This document shows, piece after piece, positions 1-11,814 of a stretch of DNA of 53,415 nt. Source of the stretch: Octopus sinensis (lineage: Eukaryota). The stretch is from positions 1-53,415 of the forward strand of contig NW_021833816.1 of assembly GCF_006345805.1 (NCBI RefSeq), written 5' to 3'. The notes below the pieces were generated by a model that was not told the origin of the DNA, did no database searches, and worked only from the letters and a program-made list of their open reading frames with translations. The translations under genes and the position numbers were made by a program. Numbering within the stretch: the stretch's first letter is position 1; each line of letters opens with the position of its first letter.

Positions 1-48
1 CGTGGCAACACGCATGCGGTACTTTCCGCAGGAGGGTGCGTGCTTTAG
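1..48 (+). mobile_element. 3' end of the ORF of a CRE-like non-LTR retrotransposon (cut by window edge)
   Basis: Frame 1 reads RGNTHAVLSAGGCVL*, matching the RGN C-terminal motif of the other CRE copies here (IRGNGFAI at ~13.79 kb, LRGNCHSI at ~16.0 kb). Confidence 0.6.
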
Positions 49-275
49 CCCCCCCAGAATTCCCCCTCTGTACATTCCTAACTTAATTTGTTTTCTTTTT
101 TTTGAAAAAAAGATATCTTGTAAAACAACTGCGAGAGAAGCTATTATTAACAATTCACCCAAAACATGGGTAGCATTATTTTTAGCAACGATTCGGCAAT
201 TTTGTAGGATGCAAGTAACCCATCTATGAAATAGGTTAAAAGTAATACTTTTTCCTGCAAGAACATGATGAGTGA

Positions 276-541
276 TTAACTTTTGAATGGTAGTAGGTTC
301 ATCAATCTTGTTTTTATATTTTGAAAATATTCGTGCGAAGATTCGACTATATTTGGATGTTTAGTCCTCATATGGTGTACTAATCTTGACAATTTCATTG
401 AACTATTTTTGCAGATTATGAAAAAAGGTTTAGATTTGTCTCCACTAAAATAAAAATAATACCATGATCTATTTTCTTTCCATACACCATTCGAGTATTT
501 TTTATGTACCAAAATTGGTGCACCACGGTTGAGAATCACCG
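276..541 (-). mobile_element. hAT (Buster-type) 5' end: TIR plus internally deleted BED-finger remnant
   Basis: 527-541 reverse-complements to CGGTGATTCTCAACC, like the Buster ends at 37931 and 53248. Translation KPFFIICKNSSMKLSRLVHHMRTKHPNIVESSHEYFQ resembles the ZBED5-type N-terminus. Confidence 0.7.
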
Positions 542-544
542 GTC

Positions 545-1207
545 TGAATCAATTATGGCAGTCACTCTCTGTAAAAATTCAAATCTGTAGTTGTGCTTTA
601 GACTTTTTATGATCCCCATATTACATGGCTGAATGGGAATAAAGTCATTCATTTTCATAGTTTTACCAAAGCTAGTAGTTTTATGGGTTAATATGTGACC
701 ATTCATTGGCACATTTCTCCCTGGTTTGAGCAAACCAGACGGACAAAGCAGTCTCTACATTTTTTTCTTTGCCATGGCGTCGTCTTTTGCAACTAAAATT
801 GGTGCAATTTGATTCAGCCAATAACATAATTTCTTCTCTGTTCTTCAAAATCCCTGAAACTTGAGACTGAAAACATTGGAATCCTCCTTGAATAAACAAA
901 TTGATTATTTCCAATTTTTGAGAAAGTGTAAGATCACCACGTAACATAAATGAGATGCGCAATGATAATTCAATTTTAAAATTACAAATTATTGTTATGC
1001 AATTAAGCAAAAATTTTTATAAGAAAAAATAGTAAATGTTCCCAATGAGAGTATGCAATAAACCGATTTATGCAATTAACCGATATATTTTGAATGTAAA
1101 GTATATAAATTATGGTTTTAAACATAAATTTATGCAATTAACCGATATATTTTGCATGTAAAGTATAATTTTACACATAAATTTATGCAATTAACCAATT
1201 TCTACTG
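545..1207 (-). mobile_element. pogo/Tigger transposon remnant with one intact end
   Basis: End CAGTAGAAATTGGTTAATTGCATAAA at 1207 (-) abuts TA (1208-1209), with three subterminal TTATGCAATTAACC repeats. HTH-psq/CENP-B motifs (LTLSQKLEII, ETALSVWFAQTR) jump directly to QPCNMGIIKSLK, indicating an internal deletion. Confidence 0.8.
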
Positions 1208-2584
1208 TAATTTAATTGAAAAATCGGTTTTTAATTATAAAATATAAATAAGAAAAGTCATTTTTATGCGAAAAAATTACTTGACTGTTTCAGTGGAGGA
1301 TGGCGATACAATTCTTTCCCAAAGCCACGATGATTTACGTGGCTCACTTATACTATTAGTAGTTCATTTCTAAAATCAATGAGGAAGGCCGTGTTGAGAT
1401 CCCACGCCTGAAGTTTCGATTAGGACTTGAAATCTATATAGTATAGTTTAAATCAATCTTATATACAAAAATTATAATATTTCAAACTGAAAGACCCCTG
1501 GCCTTTAAGAATGACACAACCAGATCATCAGGTAACTCGTTTGCTATCAGCAGGTGCAGCCACTGGGGAATCATAATTGCTGATATAACTTATAATTCAA
1601 ACGCGTGACGCTAAAACCAAACATATTCCCCTTTGGAAGGGAAAGGTCGTCATTCTGTGTGCTCTTCTCCCGTCTACTGCGGATTCCAGTTAAGTGTGGA
1701 ATCCAGAATTACGGAGAGACCGGTGGATGATCTGATTTAGTTTTGGATGTCGTAAAAGCTTTTAATTCCGTGATGACATGTAAGGGAGTCATTGCTGTAC
1801 CACCCATCGGCTGTTTATTGTAATCAGAAAGAACATTCTCAATCATTTCTTAGAGGACCGACAAGAAGTACGCCCCAAGTCAACTAGGGTGGTCAGACAG
1901 ATGCTTCCAAAGAGTGAGTTGTCTCTATGTCTGCATTAAAATAGATATTTAGAATAATATTATCTAAATCTATCATATGTCTTTAAGACTTAGCTCTTTG
2001 GAACAGAAATTGTCGGTTTTATTGGAATTGAAAACAAGGAAAGCTCTTTATTGACACCTCTTAATAAGCTTTATATTCAAATATCATCTAATTTATACTT
2101 AAAACCAGAAATTGTGGCCACATGTGTGTTTTTTAACATCCGAAAATACCTGCTTTTCTGATCAGACAAAAAAGCGAAATAGAATGCATTCCCCTAAATT
2201 AAAATTAGGCATCAAGAGAAAAAAATAGCATAAAAATGAATGAAAAAATAAAAATGCTCATTTTTAATATTATTTTCGTATTAACAAATTTTGTTTTATA
2301 AATACCGAAATCTCCTTAATTGATACTCAGATTTCAAAGAGAATATTAAAATTGATAGCCTTCCTTAACAAAAATATTAAATAAATATTTTCAAAAAGAG
2401 GAATAATCATTTTTGTTTTAGAAAAGACTCGAGTATCAATGCGTCAATACTTCTTAGGTAAATCGGACAGGAGACGAATTTGCTAACCAGCAAGCAAGAC
2501 ATTCCTTATGAAATGTGTGGAAGTAAGGGAGATGTCTTATAATGTCGTCGTTTTGGTAATCGCACAGACAAATGACACTACTGA

Positions 2585-2845
2585 ATGGACATAAATGAAG
2601 AACTGAGGACTGAAGTGATGGAACTAAGCGTCACGGCCTGTGAGAATTTCTTGACAAATAATGAAGCAAGCATATATTATTAATGATGTTGATTTGTCAA
2701 AGAAACATTGGACAAAAAATTCGGGACAGGATAGCACGTGGTCATCTGGGAAAGTTTCGGGTTCGATTTAATGCGAGAAGCCTCAACGTTGCTTTACATG
2801 TGCTTTGCGGGCTTTCTGGGAATACTCTCCTGGAAGTGTTCTTAA
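2585..2845 (+). pseudogene. DNAL4: Axonemal dynein light chain 4, disrupted
   Basis: DINEELRTEVMELSVTACENFLTNNE ... KETLDKKFGTG*HVVIWESFGFDLMREASTLLYMCFAGFLGILSWKCS*. TAG at 2732-2734 replaces the conserved Trp, and the segment between NNE and KET is corrupted. Confidence 0.8.
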
Positions 2846-4019
2846 TCTTACCTGATTGCTAAAATTAATAATACAAGGTTACTCTCATTCTGGAATTTCC
2901 TATTTCATTTTTTGAAAGAATAATTGAAGTCTCGAAATGAACATTTTTCCTTGAATAAGAAAAGTGCTCAACTCAACAAATATTCTGCCATCTTTATCAA
3001 AGATCGCTGCAGATTATAATTAAGAGTGAAATCCAACAGTTCGGAAACACCCGCGGATGATCTCGTTTAGTTGTGGAAGATATTATTAGAGAAAATTTAT
3101 TTTTATCGTCACGAATTGACAAGGAAAGTACTAAATAAATGAATGGTATGTAGAAATTTCAGGGCTTTACTTCACCCGTTTTTTGTTTTGGATCTATTCA
3201 AAAAATTTATTTTGTGTTAAATTTAGTCGATTTATATTTCTAAACCCTTGCCGATTTGAGTCTAATTTTTGTTTTGAAGACAAAATACATTGAAAAATAA
3301 ATTTTCAGCAAACCACGATTAAAGAAGCATTCCTATTAAACCTATTTTGTTTATAAACCATTCCAAATAATGTAATTTCAACGCCCAAACAGAATGACTT
3401 GTTACTTTTCCGTGAAGGGAAATCTTTTGTTTGAAATGTGTCATGCTTAGACTCTTTATCAAAATGCCTTTGCTTTCGTCAGCGACTGGGAGATATGTCA
3501 GTTGAAAAGGAATAGAAGTACGTCCCTCTCTTGAACAATGTGGAAATCATCCAACTTGGGTTTGAGAAAAGAGCTGTCACTGGTGAGAAAGCAGAGGTAT
3601 TTTTGAAGGAGGTCGAAAACATTACTTCCAAACGCACATTTGAGAGGAGAATGACCGTACGACTGTTCCAGATAATCTCAATCACGAGCCCGAAAAGAAA
3701 CAAATTGGCTATTCGCCATTCTAAACTGGTAAAATATATTTGATCGAAATTAAATTATTAGCGATGGGTGTTGATTTATTATACTTTACATTTCTGTAGT
3801 AAGAATAAGGCAATAAAATTTTTTTATAAAATGAATGTGAGAATTGCATTTTTTGAATCTAGTTTACTTACTTTAGGCCTAAGAGTCAATCCACTCCAAA
3901 AGCAGTCGGCCTTTTTGGAACGACGGCAGGCGTCCCGACAGGATAAAGACCTTTCCTTTTTTGGAAGGCAGGTCCCTATGACTTTTTTTGGCGACGATGC
4001 TACCCAAGACTTGGAGCAA

Positions 4020-4305
4020 CTTGTCCTCCGCCAGTACTCAGATCGAAGAGGACAAAATACCTGTGTATTCTAACCCTTGTCTTCGAAACCTCAGGAATCG
4101 TCGACAAAACCGCGACACAACTCCTCACTGACATTGATAGGAGAATCTCCTTGAAAACAAACGACGGAAGGGAGAGAAGCTGACTCTTTTAGCGAATCTT
4201 GGTTGCTGAGCTCCACAGAAACTGTCATTCAATACACAAGTCGGTGTCGTTGAGCGAACCTTCAAGCCTTCGACTTCTCTTTTAGCTACTTATCCTAGCC
4301 TGCAT
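4020..4305 (-). pseudogene. Lineage-specific gene family member with F-box-like motif (copy 1), 5' part
   Basis: VAKR start motif shared with 5156(-), 4587(+) and 47736(-). LLSLPSFVFKEILLSMSVRSCVAVL at ~4100-4179 fits the F-box LxxLP..I...L pattern by eye only. Confidence 0.3.
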
Positions 4306-4584
4306 CTAACTTTGTTTTTTATATAAATTTGCGCACTTGGCACTTGGTTTTAATTATCTTATGCAGCGACCTGGATGGGAAACACACAGTCGGCGGATAG
4401 AGAGGAAAAATTTTGCTTTCGCAATTGACTTTTTAACAATTCTGAACAATCTATCGAGGAACACAAGGACTCCACTCAACGTGACTGATAAGACTATATC
4501 ACCTGATGTAACCCTATGCTCTTAATCCCTTCATTGACTATGAACTGGTCAGTCCTCTATGAAACGAGAAGCAACCACAAAATC

Positions 4585-5158
4585 AGATGCAAATAGCTAA
4601 GAGAATAGTCGAGAAGCTCCGCGGTGAAAATGAAAAAGGGAAGCTTTCACCAAGAAAATTCCTGTTCCATACAATTATAATGCGGCAAACTGGTCATGGT
4701 TCCAGGAGATCTTGAATTCTAAATTAAAGAATTGCAATCTGAACAACTTTAGCTTTCTCAACAAAGTCATCGGCTTCTTTACGAAGACTATTTTGGAAGC
4801 AAGAGCAATGGCTATATCCAATCGCCAACCTCATGCTGCCGACCTGACCAAGGAAATAAATCCAACCATTGAACAAGGAATTGAAGACTAGTGAATACAG
4901 ATACATTTGTTTGAAATGAAATCGGATCCTTACAGCCGTGAACCGAAATCGTTCAACAGCAGAAGTATGGAAAGCAATTCGGCACGTGGCCAACGTAACA
5001 ACAAAGCATATTCCTTTCAATATCATTATGGGAATCAAGAGCATTAATGCACCAATTGATGTAAAAATGGAAGCTCTTTAACCAGTTATTAGAGAAGATG
5101 CTGAGGGAGAAATTCAATTTTTGGAGGATTGCAACTATTCTCTTAGCTACTTGCATCT
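4585..5158. repeat. 25-bp inverted repeat (1 mismatch) formed by convergent gene-start motifs
   Basis: 4585-4609 AGATGCAAATAGCTAAGAGAATAGT versus reverse complement of 5134-5158 AGATGCAAGTAGCTAAGAGAATAGT. Confidence 0.85.
4724..5156 (-). pseudogene. Lineage-specific gene family member with F-box-like motif (copy 2), frameshifted
   Basis: Begins MQVAKRIV. After a frameshift it reads MLLIPIMILKGICFVVTLATC, which aligns to the motif in copy 1. Confidence 0.3.
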
Positions 5159-5415
5159 AATATTGTTTCTGATTTAAAAAAATTGTTGGAAATAAAGTAA
5201 CTGATAATGAAAATACTACGAACAATTTGTTATCAAAATACGATAAAATAACGAAAGCAGCAGAAAAAATGAAAAACAAGCAAAAATGGAAATTCGACCA
5301 AAATGACATTGAGGTTGTGTATAACGTGTTATTATACGGATTAAGGTCAGGGATAAACTTGTATTTAATAATTCTTTATTTTTGAAACTATTATTGATTA
5401 GAAACCTATGCCAGA

Positions 5416-5487
5416 GGCAAATAGCTGGGTAATCTAATATCTGATATTAATCTAATTGGTCCTGGGTTTAATTCCCAGGGGCTGCCT
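5416..5487 (+). pseudogene. Degenerate tRNA-like sequence
   Basis: 72 nt with a perfect T-arm (CTGGG-TTTAATT-CCCAG) and partial acceptor pairing (GGCA/TGCC). The D and anticodon arms do not pair. Confidence 0.3.
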
Positions 5488-5663
5488 GTGCCAAAAGCTC
5501 CGATTAGGTTTGAAAACTGACACCGTCATGACATCTAATCACACAGATTCCAAAAATACGTTGCTGTGATGATTGGATGGTTAAATTTCCCTAAAACAAC
5601 ATACCTGACATTGTTTAAGTCGAAAGAATCTCCTCTTAAGAAGAACATGATTACTAAGATATG

Positions 5664-6819
5664 GCCGATAAGCCTAATATGCTCCGTCTCTAAAATTATG
5701 GAACGGATTGTCTTCACAAGACTTTCGAACTTCGTAGAGGAATCAGGTGCACTTGCAGTAGAGCAGTGGGGATTCCGACGAAAAAGATCCTGTGGTGATT
5801 GTTTCGGAGAACTCGAGAAAGTCATCTCGCTTAGTCTTGCTAATAATACAGCGACTATTGCTATCTGCCTCGATGTCTCAAAAGCTTTTGACAGCGTATG
5901 GCACCTGGGCCTCTTGGAAAGTGTCGCCAAGAGCAAACCCGGGTCTAAAACGGTCAATTGGCTGAAGAGCTATTTATCAATGAGAAGGTCATACATACGA
6001 TGCGGAAACCGTTTGTCGGAATCTGTCGATCTCAAAAGAGGGGTACCTCAAGGCTCGGTCTTGAGCCCCCTGCTTTTTAATATTTACGTTGCTGATATTC
6101 CAAAACCGAAAGATCCTACCAGTCGTCTCATGATCTACGCGGACGACATATTAATAACGGATCCTTCGTGGAGAAAAGACATCTCGTGGAGGAAGTTAAA
6201 AGGATACGTGACAAGAGTGGAAGAATGGTGCATATCAAAAGGACTGACGCTTGCAAAAGAAAAGTGCACCGCCACTTGGATTGCAAAACAGGGAGCAAAA
6301 CGAAAACCGCCGAGAAACCTCTATGGGTTTACAGTAACGGAGAACCTGAAATACCTTGGGGTTGAAGTTGGATCCAAGGGTTCTTACTTCAGATACATCG
6401 ACTCGAGGAGAAGGAAATGCGCTCAAATTCTCAGGAGCATAATTCACTTCCACCTTTCCCCGGAAACGTTTTTATATGTTTATAAAACGTGCGTCGAACC
6501 ATTGCTTACCTACGGGTTCGAGGGATGGTATCCTACTGCTGAAAGGGATGGCATTATCGCTAAGCTCGAAAAGACGAGGCGATATGCCATCAAATTGGCA
6601 AATGGACTCCAGTTGGACCAACCCATCCCTCAAGTGATGGAAGACGCGACGGAAACGGTTGGAAGTGTTCTTGAGAGAGCCTTTTCTTCTCGAATTAAAT
6701 ATTAAAAAAAAAAAAAAAAAAAGAGGGAAACAACGAAGAAGAGGCATACGTTGTCTCATTAACTTTCTCCCTCTTTTTTCGGCTTTTCCGTTAATAAAAA
6801 TTCATTCATTCATTCATTC
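5664..6819 (+). mobile_element. 5'-truncated LINE (family A, Jockey/CR1-like RT) with 14-bp target-site duplication
   Basis: Open RT frame to stop at 6705 (QWGFR, DVSKAFDSV, GVPQGSVLSPLLF, YADD, KYLG). Ends AATAAAAA+(TTCA)n. TSD ATTACTAAGATATG at 5650-5663 and 6820-6833. Confidence 0.92.
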
Positions 6820-6973
6820 ATTACTAAGATATGCGACGATGGACTTGAATAATTTGATTCAAAAAGAAAATTTCCTTTTGTTTCAGATTTATTAATATTT
6901 CTTTTATATTGTTTATCCTTAAATTTTATATTCAAAATAGCGCGCTGTTTTTACATTTTTGTTTGATACCTAA

Positions 6974-7200
6974 GATGTCTTCTGGCTCAAATAAGAAAGG
7001 TCGTCATTATCAAAACGAATATTTAAAATATGGGTTTATTCAAAGTACTGAAGATACAAAACGGCCTTATTATCTTATTTGTCAATATTCTTTCTCAAAT
7101 GAGGCGATGAAGCCATCACGATTATAGGATCATTTAAAACGCAAGCACCTGGATAAAATGTCAAGGCCGATTGAATAATTTCAAACTTTAAAATAAGCAA
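6974..7200 (+). mobile_element. hAT (ZBED5/Buster-like) transposase N-terminal BED-finger remnant
   Basis: YQNEYLKYGFIQ..KRPYYLICQYSFSNEAMKPSRL*DHLKRKH. Confidence 0.75.
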
Positions 7201-7339
7201 ACGATCAAATCGCTACAGTCGGACCTCGGTTTGAAATATAAAATATGAATTATAATGCTTCCACTTGTCTGACTTTTTGCTCACTTAGTTATCCAAAGCG
7301 ACTGTGAATTAACAGGACTGTTTCTTGCCTCCAAATATG

Positions 7340-8824
7340 CAGTTGTCGGCCGGGAAAATCTGACCATTGAGTTACTGAAGGACGCACAAAGGAAACTCTT
7401 GCTTAACCGAATCAACTGTAAATCACTACACTCGGTGATGTTCAAATGTATGGAGGAATCAGATGTCGACAGATCTACTTCTTCGCAATGGCTATCGAAA
7501 GGGAACAATGGTCCACAAAGCGAAGCATTGTACTGTCTTTTGCAAGATAGGAATTTGTTCTTTGCATACACGGGATCACTCTGCGTCCATTGCAAAAAGC
7601 AGGCAGACTGTTGACCATCTGGCCACGCAGTGTGGTAGGATGCTAAACAGTGACACAACGAAGAGTATTCATCTTCACTTGTGTCGAATGTATGGAATTA
7701 AACGAAGCAGGAAATTGAAAGGACATTCGGGTGTGTCAACAATGTCGACCCAAAATGTCGAAATCAGAGTTGACACGTCAATTATGACTGAAACGAAAGT
7801 CCAATTCAATAAACCTGATATTTTCGTTTATGACAAAAGGAAAAGAGAAATCCATAATCCTCGTGCGCGTTGTTGTTGTTGCTCTTGTTGCTATTTCTTG
7901 CATTGTTGTTCATTCTTATATTGTATATTGTTCTTTCTGATATCCTTGTATTCTATCTTATATTCTTGTACTTATTGTTATATTCTTGAATTCTTGTATT
8001 CTAATCTATCTGTGATCCCATCTCATATTCAATCGTTTCAAACATTCGAATGCTTAATCTGCTCAACAAATAACACTCGCAAGAAGGCGAGGAAGTGCTT
8101 TGACTGTCAGAGAGATGTGCACGTATCTTGTGCCGGCTTAACAAAGTTATCATCTGCAGCCCTCGCAATCTGGAAATGTCCAGCGTGTCTCAGTGCTTGT
8201 CCCCTAAAGCCAGTACCCCTTCAAAATCCCCCACTTCCGTCTCGTCCGGTTGTTTGTGACATCCCCTTCGAAGATTTGTTATCCTCTGTTGCCGGTCTGC
8301 GCCGCGCACGGAAGATATGCATAAAAATTCCGAAAGCAGCTCGGATTTCCGTCGCAGACTCGCTCACGAAGACCACTGTAAACGCCCTCGATTCTGACCA
8401 GCCTGCCGATTGGCTGATATTATTTTGCTTTGGTTCCATGGCAATTGGCACACCCTTCAGGGAACCTAATTCGAAGCAGCGCGGTTCACTGACTTCGCAA
8501 TTAAAGGAAAATTTCATCGAAGTGGGAGTTACCTCGCAAGACCGTTTAAATCAAGTTGAAGTTGAGAAATTTCACAAATACGACCTGCTTGCAAACGAAC
8601 TGTTGGTTCTCGATGAAGCAAAAGTGAAGATTATTCCAATTGTCTTGACACGGGATGGAGTTATCTCAAAGTTCTTTAAAAGTCATATGGACAAGTTATC
8701 CAATCAACTTGCGGAGCTGGCATGTCGTGAGGACACTCAGTTGAATAAAATCATTGACGCAGAAATAGAAAATGAAAGGAAGTTTATGGAAAACTCTTCT
8801 TCCAAGCGAAAGAGAAATCACTGA
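7340..8824 (+). mobile_element. R4/Dong-like RLE non-LTR retrotransposon 3' part, interrupted by a CRE 5' segment
   Basis: WLSKGN..EALYCLLQDRNLF..CVHC..TVDHLATQC (CCHC region), then NKPDIFVYDKRKREI | insert | IEVGVTSQDRLNQVEVEKFHKYDLLANEL..IIPIV (PD..E..K nuclease). Confidence 0.8.
7853..8515 (+). mobile_element. 5' end of a CRE-like element: UTR, PHD finger and ORF N-terminus
   Basis: Starts CATAATCCTCGTG (compare 51739 -). C4HC3 pattern CLIC..KCFDCQRDVHVSC..WKCPAC, then LRRARKICIKIPKAAR, homologous to LRRLRQIPPRIPKAA at ~51.3 kb. Confidence 0.75.
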
Positions 8825-9719
8825 AGATCTGGATTTTTAATTGGATAATTTAAAATAGAATTGACATATTGATGAAAAGTTGAAGTTGAAATAAAATTAA
8901 TCGGAAATTAAAAATTAAGATTTTTCACTGTAAAATTTAGAGCAATTGAATCAAATTTTGATAAAAATAAAACAAAAGAAAATAAAGTCGATAAATTATA
9001 AAATATCAATAAAAATCAATGTATATAATAGAAAGGAAAAGATATCAGTTAAAAAGATGCATTCAATTGAAATTAAATTATAAAACAAAGGACACATTAA
9101 CTTGTAAAATAACTTTTATCAAGATATTCTACATGTACCAAATATTTAATCTTCAATTAAATGCAAAATATTATTTAAAAAAATGTTGAATAACAAATAA
9201 TAATCAACCGAATTCTTTTTTTTCGTAATTAAAAAGTAACCACATCAACTGTCGAAAATAGAACACGCTGATGAAAATAATGATTCAATATTTATACTTT
9301 TTAATTATTTAAAAAATAATATTTATAGAAAATATATAGTTAAAGTTTAATCATTGATTATGTAACTTAATCAGAAAACTTTTAAAATAAAAACTAAAAA
9401 ATCTAGGTTCGAATTAACTTGGTCTATCAGCCTTGATCACTGCTTACTGACCTATTCTGGCGATTGGCTTTGTGCTGTCCCTTTGACATACGCCGGATCT
9501 TTCGTTGATGACAAATCCGACAGATCACGATTTGCCTCTTTCTGTGTCTTTAAGTAAGCAGGCCTTCTTTTCCTCGATGCGAGAAAGCTATCGACTATAA
9601 GAAACTTGATCCTCTCTTTTGCAAACTGATTGTGGGTAGATTACTTTGTTATTCCCCACGACATTATCAGAGGAGCCTTGATTCAATGGCGTTTGTTCTA
9701 TTCTGGGTCTCAATCACGG

Positions 9720-11473
9720 AACTGGAACACTCTTTTCCAGTTTGGAAAAGTCAATGTAAGGCCTGCGATATCACCCGGAGATTTTTTGTGACTTATTAAT
9801 AAAATTAATTTACCTCATAATAACATCGAAATCATGTATCCTGTGGGATAAATGGAGAATTTTTTTGCTTCAGACAGTTTATTCAGTCGTTTGAATAAAA
9901 TCTATGGCTATGGAAATAAAACTGATAATTATTATCTATAAATAATGATTTTTATAACTTTTCGGAGTAATAAATCTGTTTCAATTTTTGGACAAAACCT
10001 CAGCTTTTGGAACACTTAGTGCTCGAAATCCGAGTGTATTAATCCAGGTCTGAGGCGTTTTATAAATGACCTTTAACCTAACCAAGTGACATTATTTAAA
10101 AGCCTAAGTAATGATTTCAGCAAATTGCTGTTTGATCAGATTAATTAGAGAAGTACAAGAAGAAAGACCAACCGTACTGATCCTGAGTTCGTTCACGCTT
10201 GTTTGAATTGACTTGATCAGTACAAGCAATCAACAACATTTGTGGGGCAATAATTCAGTTTGTTGGTTAGGTCCTCACACACACCCACTCGTAGTGGCCA
10301 AGTGACTGGGTCACGTACTTTGGACAGCAAACACTTTTCTACTGAACGCATCTGTTGGCAGTAGTCGCTCATTTCTTGTCGTAATTTCGGTTCTCGATTG
10401 CCATTATCCGGGGAAACAGTTTGGCAATCCGCCAGGCTACATAGATATCATAAACATAATACTAACTAAATTATCTGATTGTAACCTCAAATTGTAATTT
10501 CCTCAATTGTGCACAAAACTTGTGACAATTATAACGTCATACTTTATTGTGTTGTGTAATCAAATGGAAAATATCACCTGTAGGGATATCCCCGCTGTGA
10601 GTTAGTTGGAATTAGTCGTCCTTTAATGAGGTCAGCAGTGCCTCCAAGACCAACCACAGTTTTCGGTAATCATTGGCCTGAATAGAGCACGAATGTTGGC
10701 CTAATTCATCGACATAACAGAAATACTCCATGAGATGGAGACTGTCTGTCCACTTGGGAATCTCAGCGTGGTTTAAAGGAGTGTATCCTCGATGCGGTGA
10801 TCTTTATTTGATTATTTGGAATATTTTTTATGAAGCCACCCAAATCAAGTATTTTGGCTGATTTGAAAGTGACTTTGAGATATCCTTCGAACATGTCGGG
10901 GATGTCAAAACGCATCATGTGCAGAGGCAAATGAAATCTTTTTAAAATGTGCATTTGACCAGCAAATAGATGCACAATTAATACTTTGGTCAACTTTGAA
11001 AAAGAAAAACAAGTCGACTGCCAGTGTGGACTGCAGGTCTGTCCAATCTCCACTAAACTCGACCACAAAAGTGTAATTTTTGGCTATTTTAATCTCATTA
11101 AATCTCTCAATTTTGGAGGTGCAGATATAAACAGCCAGTCTTTGAGGCTCTAGGACGGCCAGACACGTCTGGTCATCGTTCCTGTCCAAAATAAACATAA
11201 AACAAATGACTGAGTGAAAGTCCCGCTCAACAATTGCAAAATCAACCGCTTTATAAAGAGTTCGAGATTTGCTTCGGCCCTATCGCTATCATGTTTGGAG
11301 AGTATAATCTAAGCACGCCTTGGATACTCCCGACAGCGAGGATGTCTCATGTGGTTAAGAAAGAGTACCGTTTGTGGAGGATTTGAAGTTGAGCAATGCC
11401 ATCGTGTCCTTTGTGAACTGTTCGTCGGACGCTACTTTCGAACGCCAAAAAAATTTGATTGAAAGAGCCACAT
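9720..11473 (-). pseudogene. BBS9: BBSome subunit BBS9/PTHB1, divergent, internally shortened and disrupted
   Basis: MWLFQSNF(F)WRSK..DEQF..DILAVGSIQGVLRLYSP..ILQLLSGTF..LAVLEPQRLAVY (N-terminus), RFHLPLHMM (GAE), IQANDYRKLWLVLEALL..SGDIP..IFHLI and MRSVEKCLLSKVRD (C-terminal). Introns 11346-11368 and 11182-11210. The end below ~10.3 kb is tentative. Confidence 0.75.
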
Positions 11474-11814
11474 TTATTGAAATAGCCCTGTAGAAACTGA
11501 ATTTTAATTTTGTCTATGTTCTCTTTGTTTTTATATAGATTTAAGTTTTTAACAAACGTCCATCTTGATTGAATTCTTATGTTTCTGATTTAGTGAATAT
11601 TGCATCACTGATTTACAAATTAAGCTAATTAGATTATCCTAAGAAAAGCTCTCTTATTAACTGCTGGTGATCTGTAGTCAGCGATAGATCAAAGACCGCT
11701 CGGAAAGTATACTGACAGCGTCAGCCAAATTTTTGTGTTCGTGATAGACATCGAAAGAATAGTCACCAAATATCACACGGCCAGTCAATTGCTACAGCTC
11801 TTTAAATTGATTAA

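Noticed and set aside
1290-1960. Coding-like region with a weak filamin-repeat resemblance (IIQTRDAK)
   Set aside because: Multiple stops and only one short motif, so it cannot be assigned without a search.
4585-5158. MITE defined by the 25-bp inverted repeat
   Set aside because: No TSD, both arms start with an ATG motif also seen unpaired at 4305 and 47736, and the interior looks coding.
5465-5480. Nematode SL1-like GGTTTAATT.CCCA (possible spliced-leader target of CRE elements)
   Set aside because: Better explained as a tRNA T-arm. There is no adjacent GT donor or Sm site and no CRE insertion there.
6704-6722. Poly(A) run as the LINE tail
   Set aside because: The same 3' UTR continues in all three copies, and the TSD lies after the (TTCA)n repeat at 6820.
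9455-9520. GDWLCAVPLTYAGSFVDDKS as a CRE fragment on the plus strand
   Set aside because: Short match with no flanking CRE motifs. It may be the antisense of the BBS9 3' region.
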